Assembly (NCBI RefSeq): GCF_035594765.1
Contig: NC_085846.1
Coordinates: 18,525,190-18,589,189 of the forward strand
Origin: Anolis carolinensis
Lineage: Eukaryota
Length of the DNA stretch: 64,000 nt
Reading direction: 5' to 3'
In this document: positions 1 through 22,598 of the stretch, piece after piece
How the letters are laid out: the number at the start of each line of letters is the position of its first letter
How positions within the stretch are numbered: position 1 is the stretch's first letter
The notes under the pieces: generated by a model
What the model saw: only the letters and a program-made list of their open reading frames with translations
Told to the model about the DNA's origin: nothing
Database searches by the model: none
Position numbers and translations under genes: made by a program

Positions 1-70
1 GTTTGTTTTTTAATAACATTATAACTGTGCCCTGACATGATACATAAATATATATATATAAATTGTATTA

Positions 71-415
71 TAGTAGAGTCTCACTTATCCAACATAAACG
101 GACCGGCAGAATGTTGGATAAGTGAATATGTTGGATAATAAGGAGGGATTAAGGAAAAGCCTATTAAACATCAAATTAGGTTATGATTTTACAAATTAAG
201 CACCAAAACATGTCATACAACAAATTTGACAGAAAAAGTAGTTCAAGAAGCAGTAATGCTATGTAGTAATTATTGTATTTACGATACAATAATTACTACA
301 ATAATTACTAATTATTATTTACGAATTTAGCACCAAAATATCACGATGTATTGAAAACATTGACTACAAAAATGCGTTGGATAATCCAGAACGTTGGATA
401 AGCGAGACTCTACTG
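71..415 (+). mobile_element. Tc1/mariner (pogo/Tigger-like) MITE
   Basis: TIR CAGTAGAGTCTCACTTATCCAA, flanked by TA. Confidence 0.85.
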
Positions 416-790
416 TATATGTAAACATCAATAAACATAATCAAATTATAGTATATGTAAGCATCAATGAAAATAGATAAATTATACACATATATAAACA
501 TCAATGAACATAGATACATTATATAAATTATATTATATATAAACACTAATGAATATAGATGAATTACATACAATATATCATATATAAACACCAATACATA
601 TAGATAAATTATATACATTTTATCATATATAATAACCAATGCATATAGGTAAATTATATGCATTATATTACTGTATATGTAAACACCAATGAATATAGCA
701 AATTATATATATTATATATAAACATCATTACATATAGACAAATAACATACATTATATTATATATAAACATAAATGAATATATATCACTTA
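416..790. repeat. AT-rich minisatellite, about 37-47 bp unit
   Basis: About 9 units resembling ATATATAAACATCAATGAATATAGATAAATTAT. Confidence 0.8.
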
Positions 791-1099
791 TGTTAAGTTA
801 ATTATATAATTATATTATCTACACCCGTCATTGAATATGTATTAATTATAATATATTTATTATTATATTATATTGTAATCATTAATGAATGTCATGGGAC
901 TGGGGTCCCATCTCTAAAAGATGTCTTTATCTATATGCAACTATAATAATACAAACGAATGGAAATACCAGGGACTATTTCACTGGGGATCAGGGATATT
1001 ATCCAACCTGTCCACAGAGTCTCCCTCTCTAAAAACAGGAAGGGAAAGACAGGCAGAGCTGGGGGCAGCCATATGCAGCAGGCAGGCTCCCTCCCTGGT

Positions 1100-1535
1100 G
1101 GCCCTCCCCTCCCCATGAAAGGCCCCTTCCCTCCCCAGGCCCCTTTAGCCCTTCCCCTCCATCCCCCCCTTCCCAGGACTCACAACTCTTTGATCAGGAC
1201 CATCCTCCCGTTCCTCCAGCGCCCCGCACGCCAAGAACACCAACCCTTCCTTTCCTCCCCTGCCCTCCCCCTCCAGCCCGGCCATTGACGCCACTTCCGC
1301 CCTCACCCCAGCGCCCGCTCGCTTGAGCCTCCCCGCCGCGACGCCACTTCCGCCCAAACTCGGGCTTCTCCTTCCCCTCCGACGTTGAGCGAAGGCCGTC
1401 GGGCGATCTTTGATTGACAGCGCCACCCAGGCAGCGCAAGAGCGCAAAGAGGCAAAGGGGCGCTAGGTGGCGCGCTGATCCAACGGCCTGTTTCGCCCTG
1501 GGCGCATAGCTAACGCACGCCATCTAGTGGTGAAA
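1100..1535 (-). promoter_or_regulatory. CpG-island promoter, probably of a minus-strand gene lying left of the window
   Basis: CpG-dense island in AT-rich DNA. Two copies of GACGCCACTTCCGCCC (ETS/GABP core plus GC box) at about 1287 and 1340. Minus-strand donor-like GGG|GTGAGG at 1307/1306 with no ATG upstream in the island, consistent with a non-coding first exon. Confidence 0.65.
1418..1532. promoter_or_regulatory. Cluster of CTCF-like motifs
   Basis: GCGCTAGGTGGCGC (+, 1460-1473), CCACTAGATGGCG (-, 1518-1530) and a weaker CCTGGGTGGCGCTG (-, 1418-1431). Visual match to the CTCF core only. Confidence 0.5.
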
Positions 1536-1596
1536 AATATTTTTTGAAATGCAGCGCTTTATCAGGGAGCCTCATCTACACCACCATATAATAATA

Positions 1597-2235
1597 CGCT
1601 TATCCAACGTTCTGGATTATCCAACCCATTTTTGTAGTCCATGTTTTCAATACATCGTGATATTTTGGTGCTAAATTCGTAAGTAAAAAGGTAAAGATTT
1701 TCCCCTGACGCTAAGTCCAGTCGTGACTGACTCTGCGGGGTTGGTGCTCATCTCCATTTCTAAGCCGAAGAGCCGGCGTTGTCCGTAGACACCTCCAAGG
1801 TCATGTGGCCAGCATGACTGCATGGAGCGCCGTTATCTTCCCACCGGGGCGGTACCTATTTATCTACTCACATTTGCATGTTTTCGAACTGCTAGGTTGG
1901 CATGAGCTGGGGCTAACAGCGGGCGTTCATTCTGCTCCCAGGATTTGAACCTGGGACCTTTCGGTCTGCAAATTCAGCAGCTCACCACTTTAACACACTT
2001 CGCGATCACCAGGGCCCCCCAAAAATGCAGTATTTACTACACAGCATTACTGCGTATTGAACTACTTTTTCTGTCAAATTTGTTGTATAACATGATGTTC
2101 TGGTGCGTAATTTTTAAAATCATAACCTAATTTGATGTTTAATAGTCTTTTCCTTAATCCCTTCTTATTATCCAACATTTTCGCTTATCCAACATTCTGC
2201 CGGCACGTTTATGTTGGATAAGTGAAACTCTACTG
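1597..2235 (-). mobile_element. Same MITE family, interrupted by a Sauria SINE
   Basis: Reverse-complement copy; one TIR truncated. Confidence 0.8.
1686..2020 (-). mobile_element. Sauria SINE nested in a Tc1/mariner MITE
   Basis: tRNA-like head, conserved body and (ACCTTT)-type tail; reverse complement of 5395-5730. Confidence 0.85.
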
Positions 2236-2247
2236 TAACACTAATAC

Positions 2248-2583
2248 CGCAGAGTCTCACTTATCCAACATAAAAGGGACGGCAGAACGTTGGATAAGCG
2301 AAAATGTTGGATAATAAGGAGGAATTAAGAAAAAGCCTATTAAAGGCCAAATTGCATTATGATTTTACAAATTAAGCACCAAAACATCATGTTTTTACAA
2401 CAAATTGTCAGAAAAAGCAGTTCATAACGTTATGTAGTAATTACTGTATTTACAAATGCAGCACCAAAACATTGCAAAGTATTGAAAACATTGACTACAA
2501 AAACAGTGACTACTAAAAGGCAGACTACGTTGGATAATCCAGAATGTTGGATAAGCGAAGGTTGGATAAGCAAGACTCTACTG
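2248..2583 (+). mobile_element. Same MITE family
   Basis: Both TIRs present with TA flanks. Confidence 0.82.
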
Positions 2584-2639
2584 TAATATACATATTACAA
2601 TATACTACTAATAATACAATATAATAATATATAATAATG

Positions 2640-2771
2640 TGTTGTCAAAGGCTTTCATGGCTGGAATCACTGGGTTGTTGTGAGTTTTCTGGGCTGTATG
2701 GCCATGTTCCAGAAGCATTTTCTCCTGATGTTTCGCCCACATCTATGGCAGGTATCCTCAGAGTTTGTGAG
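2640..2771 (-). mobile_element. Penelope 3'-end fragment with hammerhead-like motif
   Basis: Matches the 3' end of the 35.7-36.9 kb element; sense strand reads CTGAGGA...GAAACATC. Confidence 0.8.
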
Positions 2772-2864
2772 ATAATAATATTGTAATATAATACTGGCTG
2801 TTAGGAATTGTGGGAGTTGAAGTCCAAAACACCAGAAGGCCCAAAGTTTGCCCATGTCTGGTCT

Positions 2865-3080
2865 ATACTGTCCATATACTGCAGTTTAACTGCATCGAGC
2901 TCATTATAGTCGTCTACATTGACCATATAGTTCGGTTTTAACTGCATTGAGCTGCATCATATGCATCCCCACTGACCACATAGTGTAGTTTGACTGCATT
3001 GAGCTGCATTATATTCATCTACACTGATCATATAGTCCAGTTTAATTGCATTGAATTCCATTGTATTCACCAACCATATA
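2865..3080. repeat. Tandem repeat, about 52-bp unit, 4 copies
   Basis: Repeated ACTGACCATATAGT.CAGTTTAACTGCATTGAGCTGCATTATAT. Confidence 0.7.
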
Positions 3081-4303
3081 GTATATTCTTGAACTCATGC
3101 TCCCGTCAGTTTGAATAAAAAATATGAATTACGATCCAGTATCTGGAGGAGTACAAGCTGCCCATCCCTGACCTAGCATGTCAATACGAGGACTTCTGGA
3201 TTCTTCCTTTAAGCTTGACTTAGGATGCATCTACACTGTAGAATTGATGTAGTTTGATCCCACTTTAACAGCAATGGCTCAATACTATGGAATCCTGGGA
3301 GCAGTACAAGCATTCCCTGCCAAAGAGTGCTGTTGCCACACCAAACTACAATTCCTAGGTTCCCAATCATGCCACTTCTAGTGGTGCCAACTTAAGGTCA
3401 TTCAAACTATCTATCCCATTCCCTATCATTGCTGCCCACTGTGAGGTATCCTTAACTCTTTGCTGTTAAGCCTTCTTGCATTTCCAACAGCCGGGATGGG
3501 TAAGACAAGAAATTGGTTCCATGCTTTAGTCTGAACCCAATGTTGTACTAGGAATAGGGTTAAGCACCATGGGTAGCTCTTTTAAAATTCAGACTAAAAC
3601 ACGGAGCAGATTCATTGCCCTTTGATAGCAGTAACAAGTGGCCACTGCCAAGCTCTGTTAAATTCCCACTCGAACTTGCAAAAGTACACTCTGTATTACT
3701 CAGAAACCCTCTTGTTGTTTTGTTATAATCCCTATTGCTGTTTCACAACTTTCCAATGTTGAGCCAAGACTGGGCTTGACTGCTGGCAAGCTGTTTCCTT
3801 TCCTTTTTGGAAGTCTCCCAGTTCCGTTAGGCAAGAAAAAAATGTAATAGTTTAGTGACGAACTAATCAACAGGTTTCGGAGGAGCATTTCTTGGGGAAA
3901 AAACTAGGACGTTAAGGGCGAAGAAAAAATTGCAACTTCTTTAAGGTGACATTTTGATATTGCAATGAGTGACAGATAAGAATGTAAATATGGGAGTATT
4001 TCTTTGGCTTAGCTTTTATTTCCCTTCTCTTCACTCCAGTTGACAGATAAAGTGTAGGCTGGGGAAAGGACAGAAGCAAAGGCGTGTCCTGATATTGAAC
4101 TTTCCTACATGAAGCAATTGAGGTTAATGCTGTCCTCCAGCTTACATAAGGGACAGAGAAACGGGCCAAAAGGATATGTGAAGCAACAGAAAAAAGAACA
4201 AAGAAAACGGTAGCTCCGGAAAAATAATCTCAGGCGTGACTTCAGAAGGACTTTGAGAAAGATCACAACCAAAACCTTCTGAGCTCAGCTTTGAAGGGAC
4301 ACC

Positions 4304-13717
<9,414 letters not shown>

Positions 13718-15290
13718 AGCCAGCTTTCACTTAAGGCAACCCCATGAATGAGAGACCTGCAACAGATCCTATTATTAACAGCCTTGCTCAGATCTTTAAA
13801 CTCAGAGCTCTGCCTTCTTTTATTGAGTCAATTCATTTCTAGTAGCCTGAGGGTACCTGAGTTGTAAATAATACCACAGTAATGAACATTACGATGACCT
13901 CCATCAAATGTAAAGCTTTAACAAAAGAACAGGAAATGTAGTTTGGCACAAAGACCCATACTACAGATCATAAAACATCTGGCTTCAAGGAAGAAATGGT
14001 TTTGTCATTATTTATGAACAGTGATAAATATCAGGGCTGGTCATTCATTACAGGACTGGGAAACTGTAAAGGAAGGACAATTTATTTCTAATGTCTGCAA
14101 AGGATATATTTTCTGGATTATTATCCTGCTTTGCAGATAGTTCTTGTTTTCTAATGAAATCCACAGCAACGAGAGAGAGTGAGAAATAACAACAACAACA
14201 ACAATAACAATAATATTACACTTTATTTATATTCCGCCCTTCTCCCCTAGGGGACGGATTACAGCATTTACAGAGACAAACACTCAATGCCTTGTAGCGG
14301 ATTACAGCATTTACTTACATAGACAAACATTCAATGCCTTTACAGTCATACACAATGAGACACACAAACACAAACAAAGGCAGAGGCTTCTCCTTTCATT
14401 TCCGGCTTCTGGAGGCGGTGCTCATCTCTGGCCCCGGGAGGTGCTTTTTCTTCCATTTTCAAGCTGAGGAGCCTGTGTTGTCGCCTCTTGATTGTGTGGC
14501 TGGCAAGATTGCTTGGAGCGTCTCTTGCCTTTCCCCACCAAAGCAGTACCTATTTACATACTCACATTTGCATGTTTTCAAACTGCTAGGTTGGCAGGAA
14601 CTGGAGCTGACACACAAGAGCTCACCCCGTTTTGCGGATTCAAACTGCCAGCCTTCAGATCAGTAGTTCAGCCAACCTTCAGGCCAGCAGTTCAGCAGTT
14701 TAACCCATTGCGCCACCGTGGTTCTCTTAAAGATTTATGGGCTGAAAAAACAAGAACTTCAAGGAAAGGAATGGTAGGAAAAGGCAGAAGAGAGAGACTA
14801 GTCCCTCAAGACTGACCCAAAAGTCAGGTCCCAAACACTCAGCTAGGTATAAGGATTTTGTAAAACAACACTGAACATGTCAAATGTTGGTGACTGTTTT
14901 ATCTAGATCTCAGCACGGCATGCATTTAGTTCCTCTCTGACTAAAAGTTTCCAATTCTTGTGAGTCGTCTCCAGGAAGGAGATGAAGGTAAAAATTAACA
15001 AGACTTTTGAACATAGTTTAAACATCTACAGCTGGTCTTTGTTTCATACAAAAAGCAACAAAAACCGAACAGCACAATAGAATCCACAGGGAAGAAATTA
15101 CTTCTATTGAAGTGTTCAATGGATGGCTTATTCTGCATAAAGCCCAATGCATTTCAGTCTATGTATATATTTAAATGGCCATCTAAAAGCATAAAATATA
15201 GAAGTAAAGGGGCAACACATCATATTAAAAGATATGCATATTATTCCAATAAATGTACACAGCTTAAAGCTTGCATATTTTGTTTTCCCT

Positions 15291-15538
15291 ATCAGGAGCG
15301 ATTAGAGAAACTGCAAGTTGCTTCTGGTGTGGGAGAATTGTCCGTCTGCAAGGATGTTGCCCGGGGATGCCTGGATATTTGATGTTTTACTATCCTGTGG
15401 GAGGCTTCTCTCATGTCCCTGCATGGGGAGCTGGAGCTGACAGAGGGAGTTCACCCACTCTCCCTGGATTGGAACTGCTGACCAGGTCAGCAGTCCTGCC
15501 AGTGCAAGGGTTTAACCCATTGCGCCACCGGGGGCTCC
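15291..15538 (-). mobile_element. tRNA-derived SINE, second family (Anolis SINE2-like)
   Basis: Shared body CTGCAAGGA(C/T)GTTGCCC..GGCTTCTCTCATGTCCC with copies at 21557, 29279 and 42754. Family name from recall. Confidence 0.7.
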
Positions 15539-15749
15539 TAAGTTGTATATACCAAAGTGGAATATAACTGCAGAAATTTCTGAAACTGAAAATCTAATTC
15601 CATTTCCTGAACCATTACACTGGCCAAGACACATTTTGGTGCCTCAAATGTTAGCACTGTTTCTGTGTACGTTTGATCTGCTGATTCCAAAAACAGCAGC
15701 ACTTGTCCCCTAACAGGTCTAGTTTTTGAGATACAACATATGCCATCTC

Positions 15750-15938
15750 CAGGGCCGTAGCCAGAGGGAGGGCAGGGGGGCGGGGGTTAAAAGTTTAAAA
15801 AATCCCTGAAATGTGTCAGGTAAAAAAAACCCTGGTTTACTTATAAATTGGTTAACCAGTTAAAATTCATGAGTAAGCCAGGTTTGGGGGAGGGGGGCTT
15901 AGAACCCTTAACCCCCCCCCCCTCCGGCTAGAGCCCTG
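15750..15938. mobile_element. hAT MITE nested in a Tc1-like element (about 15617-16110)
   Basis: CAGGGCCGTAGCC / GGCTAGAGCCCTG; perfect 8-bp TSD GCCATCTC. Confidence 0.82.
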
Positions 15939-16791
15939 GCCATCTCCCAGTCGTCAGCTGCCCGCTCAGAGAAAACCATTATAACCATATCTAAGGAACT
16001 AGAGTTGCTGCAGTCTATCTAATACAATTTTCTGAATCGGTGCTTCAAATAACCCCAGGAACAGGCCTACAAACCAAGACACCAATATATATATTTTTAG
16101 TTGGGTTGTGTAATGTTGACTGCTTTCCAACATAAACTACCTTGAGCCTAGTTAACCTGATTATTTTCTGTCCAACAAATGGAAATAAAAAACTTTGGAA
16201 CCAAAAAAGAAAAGTTAACTTCAAAGTGACATTTAAAAACAGTGATTACTTAAAGGGCCCTTCCACATAGCCATATAACCCAGAATAGCAAGGAAGAAAA
16301 TCCCAAATCTGCTTTGGACTGGGTTATCTGAGCCCACGCTGGCATATATTCCAGTTCAAAGCAGATATTGTGGGATTTCCTGCCTTGATATTCTGGGTTA
16401 TATGGCTGTGTGGAAGGGCCATAAGTTTACTAAAGGAAATGATCAGGACTGAGCATGCTACTGTTACATAGACATCATCCCAAGTTTATTTTTGAACCCC
16501 TGGCCTTGGTGAACAGATCAGCACCTTTATGGGATAGAGAGCATGCCATGGCTACATTTCCAGAAGCATATCTGGCTTACCAATCCTCAGGAGTGGATAC
16601 ATTCCCAAAGATAAGTGGGAGAAAGGCAAAGGTAAACATTAACAACGTGGAAGTCACCTATTACAAAACAGACTCCTCTGGCAACTAATGAGTGGAAGCA
16701 GCACAATACCTACATCTGACATTCATTCATTCTCTTTCATCCAAGTACTAACTGGACCTGCTTAGATCCCAGGAGTAGACGGAATCTGGTG

Positions 16792-17513
16792 CAGGGGTCC
16801 TCAAACATTTAAAGCAGAGGGCCGGTCCACAATCCTTCAGACTGTTGAGGGGCCAAATTATCATTTGAAAAAAAAAACAAACAAATTCCTATGCACACTG
16901 CACATGTCTTATTTGTAGTGCAAAACAACAACAACAATGAAAGAAAAATACAACATTTAAAAATGAAAACAATTTTAACCAACATAAATCTATCAGGATT
17001 TCAATGGAAAGTGTGGACCTGCTTCTGGCCAATGAGATGGTCAAGTTAATCAGGATTGTTGTTGTTGTTGTTGTTGTGTGCCTTCAAGTCATGTCAGACT
17101 TTGGGCGAGCCTGAGTCTAAAATTATTCATTTATTTATTTACTACATTTATTTACTACATTTATATCCCACCCTTCTCACCCCGAAGGGGACTCAGAGCA
17201 GCTGTATGTACATACAATATATTATATTATTAGCATAGCAAAATATTAGTATTATATATTACTATACAATGAACTATACCACTGTACTGTAATATTATAT
17301 GTAATATATAACATATAATTTAATATTATATGGTATTATTATTAGTATCATGTTGTATAACATAATATTTTTATCAATATTATATGTATATATAATATAT
17401 TATATTATTAAAATTTATATAAAAATATTATATTATAAAACGGAGGGCGGAGGCCAGGTAAATGACCTTGGAGGGCCGCATCTGGCCCCCGGGCCTTAGT
17501 TTGGGGACCCCTG
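16792..17513. mobile_element. hAT MITE (long version, no matching TSD)
   Basis: CAGGGGTCCTCAAAC / GTTTGGGGACCCCTG; same family as 59434-59715. Confidence 0.78.
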
Positions 17514-19269
17514 AACAAGACAAATGGAGCAGAACATGAGACATTAACATTAGCAGAAAAACATGAATGGGAGGAAATCTTTAGGTTCTATTCAGGGTTT
17601 TTTTTTAAACAGGAAGAATCAGAGATCCAGGCAGAAATGACAGTTTTAGAGGTGGTTAAAAACCTTAAAATAGTAATGGAAAAGAATACACAATGATTAT
17701 TCCCATTTTAAAATCCATCCAGTAAATGACACACATTAATAGAATCAAAGTAGGGAGCGGGTGCATAAGCCATTGAGTCCAAATCCCTGCTCAATGCAAG
17801 AAATCTAGCAAGAGCATCCCCAACAGGTAGGTGTATACTTTCTACTCTTTTTTTTGAAGATATCCAGAGAAACAACCCCCGTCTACATCTCCTAAACACA
17901 GGAAGATTTAATGATGTTTTTATTGCACTTGATTTAACAGAGCAGAGATGTGAAGCAGAAACATTACTGTTATCCAAGAATATCAAACTGCATCCCATCA
18001 AATAATAACTTGACAAAAGGATACCCAAATTCTCCTAGATCCTCCACAAAGGACGTCCTTTAAAACTGCCTTTCTCAGTTCTGGCTTGAAATGTAAATGT
18101 TCACTTATTTCATTATTGCACGCAAGCATGAAAAATATTGAAAGTTGTCTCCTTACAGGGCAGGGTTATGAGAGTTTTTGCAAATTTTTTCAATTATTTC
18201 AGGATTTTTGTGTGTGTGTGACATGCTTTTCGATTGTTTCAGGATTTTTGTGAAAATTGTATGAATTATTTGTGTGCAAGACATCAGCACAAAAACGTTT
18301 TTGCACAAATCTCAACCATTTAAAATGAATTATATTTTTGCGTGTGCAAAAGCTTTATCCATGACATATTAGCAGAAAAGTACTAAAAGAATAGAAAAAT
18401 GCATGGTTGATTTTTTTTGTAGTAGTAGTGCCATCAAAAGAGTCTAAAAGTTAGGTATTACATACCTAAAACAAATTATTGGAGAGTGTGGGATAACAAG
18501 CTACCCTTCAAAAGCAATTTAATAACAAAGAAGAAGGTTACATTGTGATGTAAATAACAATTTCAAGTTTCAGAGATGTAAACAATAACTTTACTGGTGT
18601 TTTCACAATTTTATATTCTTCTATTATCAATCCTGATGGTTTTTTATTTTTAAAAGTAATAAAAATAATGGCAAAAGAATCAGTACAGGAGTTGCAATCT
18701 AACACTCTCAAACCACTACACCATGCTCTAACATGATGGATTACCTACATGTTTTTGACACATACTCTTTTTAATCAAGGAAGAGAAAAATCGAGAAAAT
18801 TTATTCCTATTCATTTGCTGGAGTGCCCCCTGCACGTTTTGGACTACAAATCCCATCACAACCAGCCACTGCACAGTCAATGGCTTTACTTTGTGTTCGG
18901 TGCCATCTGTACACTGATGATACCCAACTCTATTACCCATTTCCACCAAAAACCGAAGAAGCAGGCCAGACCCTAAACAGACCTCCTTTCCAAGGAGGTT
19001 AAAATAGCCCCTTCCCTCGCATCTTTAACAAAGCAACTAAAGATCTTCCTGTTTGTGCAAGCTTTTGATGAGACACTTAGCTGTAATGACAGGAAGGCTA
19101 ACTTTTATTGAGTCATGCTAATACTTACCATCTGTCTTGTTGAGTTGTCTGCAATAACTGTACTAGACAAAAGTTTTTAAATATGTTTATTTATTTCTTA
19201 TTGTAAATTTGTTTTTATAGGTTATTGTTTTATATATGTACATGGTTTTGTATTGTCTTTTATATAATA

Positions 19270-19849
19270 CTAGCTGTGCCCGGCCACGCGTTGCTGTGGC
19301 GAAGTATGGTGGTATGGGAAATAAAGTATTGAGGAACTGGTGGTAGTTAAGGTAAAGGGTAAAGGTTTTCTCCTGACATTAAGTCCAGTTGTGTCCGACT
19401 GCACACTGAAGTGGATTATATGGCAGTGTGGAGTCAAGATAATTCAGTTCAAAGCAGATAATATAAGATTATAAATGGGTTATATAGCTGTGTGGAAGGG
19501 CCTTGAGTCTACACTGCCATATAATCCAGTGCAAATTAGATAATCTGTGGAAGAAGCCTAAGTGAGGCCTAAGTCTGCCTGTCCCCTAACTGAACCCTGG
19601 CTGTCCCTTGGCTGAGTTGGTTGCTAGGAGACCAAGTGGGCAGAGATTAGCCCTCTAAACTGGCAGCAATTGGATAAAAACAATTATTGCTCTCCCTCTA
19701 ATTAAGACTTTATTTGTCTTTTCTTTTTGAGGTATCAACCTAGAGGCGTGGATGATGGGTTGTGTTGTCAAATTTCAAGGTTGGGGGGCCTGTAGTTTTG
19801 TTGTTTTGTGGGTTGCCGTGATGCCATCACTCATTTATATATAGATAGA
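19270..19849 (-). mobile_element. Non-autonomous Helitron
   Basis: Minus strand starts TCTATCTATATATAAA and ends GCCACAGCAACGCGTGGCCGGGCACAG-CTAG (subterminal hairpin plus CTAG). Inserted between A and T with no TSD, splitting an L2-type tail. Confidence 0.8.
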
Positions 19850-19899
19850 TTGCAAGCTGCTTTGGATCCCGTATAGGGAGAAAAGTGGTATATAAAGAT

Positions 19900-19930
<31 letters not shown>

Positions 19931-20352
19931 AAGGATGATGGGAATTGAAGCATGTCTGATTCCAGAAGGTTATTTTGTGCATTTAAAGCAAAACTAAAGG
20001 TTTCTGATATGAGCAGCTCTTATATAATATATCCCGTCCAATTTAAGCACCAATCCTTCTGTATACTGATTGACTTCAGAGAAAATGGCTGGCAAAATCT
20101 CCAGCAGTTACATTGGAGAGATCTCAGCCAATGCTAACAGTGAACATAGACAGCTGATCTAGTGTGTATAAAAACATTTAGCAAGAAAGGTTAAGCAAAA
20201 AAAAGAATAAATGTTGATTTCAGTCTCTGGAGGAGACTGAAGTCATTTGCTGGGATTAGAAATTGGCACCAAAAGGAAGGAGGAAGGCATTGGTTGTTTG
20301 AAAAAGCCACTGTACTCTTCTACTACTGTGCTTTTTTCTGCTATACTGGGTG

Positions 20353-20967
<615 letters not shown>

Positions 20968-21311
20968 TAAGGGAACAATATAAATAGTGGGAGGGCAGAG
21001 CTACATGTGAGCCAAGGTTCAATGGAAGAGCATATTGCCATCTTCCACCCTGCAATGTTCCCACCCAGAGCAAACAAGATGATAGTGACTCCGACATAAA
21101 GAGAGCAACAGACCGGGTTGCCCTGGCCTTGCAGATCCTTTGGCCTTAGGATACCTGTGTGAAATAGCTCAATCTTGTTTAGGACAATGTAAATAAAAAG
21201 CAAGAAAATGCATAGCAACATCAGCAATAAAGTTAGACCTCCAGATTCACTTTCACATGTACATTGCTATATTTTTAACCTGAGAGAACATCTCTCTAGA
21301 TATCTCTAGGT

Positions 21312-21446
21312 CAGTGGTTCTCAACCTGTGGATCCCCAGATGTTTTGGCCTTCAACTCCTAAAAACCCCAACAGCTGGTAAACTGGCCAGGATTTCTGGG
21401 AGTTGTAGGTCGAAACACCTGGGGACCCACAGGTTGAAAACCACTG
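21312..21446. mobile_element. Palindromic hAT MITE
   Basis: CAGTGGTTCTCAACCTGTGG / CCACAGGTTGAAAACCACTG. Confidence 0.78.
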
Positions 21447-21556
21447 TCCTAGTTTCTCCAGCACAATTCTACCAGAAGTTGTCCATAGAATTGTGCTGGA
21501 GAACCTAGAGATACCAGAATTACCTCTAGTTTGAATGTTTTGTTTTGTTTTGTTTT

Positions 21557-21812
21557 TGTCAGGAGCAACCTGAGTTGCTTCTGAAGTGAGAGAATTGGCC
21601 ATCTGCAAGGACGTTGCCCCGGGGACGCCCGGATGTTTTGATGTTTTTTCCATCCTTGTGGGAAGCTTCTCTCATGTTCCTGAATGGAGCTGGAGCTGAT
21701 AGAGGGAGCTCATCCGCGCTCTCCCCGGGTGGGATTCGAACCTGGCAGCTTTCAGGTCAGCAACCCAACCTTCAAGTCACGAGGCTTTAGTCCACTACGC
21801 CACCAGAGGTTC
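21557..21812 (-). mobile_element. tRNA-derived SINE, second family
   Basis: Homologous to 15291-15538; B-box GGTTCGAATCC on the minus strand. Confidence 0.72.
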
Positions 21813-22019
21813 TAGAGGTTAAAACCACCACTTTTCTTTAATGATAGAACTGTGGAAGCTTTAAGAGCTTTGGCAGACTTTCCATCTTTTCACGAACATC
21901 TTGTTCTACAAGGAACACACCTTCCATTGGCTTCTCCAAAGTACTCAGATAGCAATTTAAGCAGATAATTAAGCCCAGTGTCTACAAAGTATACAATGTC
22001 ATGCATTATGCATCCTAAG

Positions 22020-22598
22020 CAGGGCCGGCCCGAGATAATTATAATTATTCAGCGGGGGGGGGGGGGGGGAATTGCGCCCCCCTGCATGGCGGGAGGTGTG
22101 GCCATGCGCTGCGGGAGGTGGGGCATGGCCAGACCTGGCCCCGCCTCCTACGCCCTGGCCCCGCCTCTCGGGCTGCTCGCCCTGACCCTGCCTCTTGCTC
22201 AGCATGGGAGGCAACCCAGGCCAGCTGGCCAGGAAGGGGCGGGAAAGTCCCCCCAGGCTGCGGTGACCGCAGTCTGGAGGGGCTCCCGCTGCAGCCTGGC
22301 CAGCTGGGCAAGGCCAGCTGGGCGAGGGTGAGTGGCGTGGGAGGCGGGGCCAATCCTGGCCCCGCCTCCCACGCTGCTCGCCTTGACCCCGCCTCTCGCG
22401 CAGCGTGGGAGGTGGGGCCAGGGTGCGTGGCACAGGAGGCGGGGCTCCGCCCAGAGGGGGCCCCGCCTCCCGTCCCACACGCCCTGGCCCAGGTGGCTTT
22501 GCCCAGTCGGCCAGGCTGCAGCAGCAGAGCTCACTCGCCCCTGGGGACCGTGCTCCCGAAGCGGCCGCCTCAGTGGCCTCCACTTTGGGCCGGCCCTG
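22020..22598. mobile_element. GC-rich hAT MITE with internal repeats
   Basis: TIR CAGGGCCGGCCC / GGGCCGGCCCTG; TSD ATCCTAAG/ATCCTAAC. Partial relative at about 48843-49070. Confidence 0.82.

Noticed and set aside
416-790. CRISPR-like periodic repeat and ORF 364-663
   Set aside because: Eukaryotic AT-rich minisatellite without unique spacers or cas genes.
921-1523. ORFs over the CpG island, or naming the neighbouring gene
   Set aside because: No recognisable protein and no coding exon visible, so the gene cannot be identified from this window.
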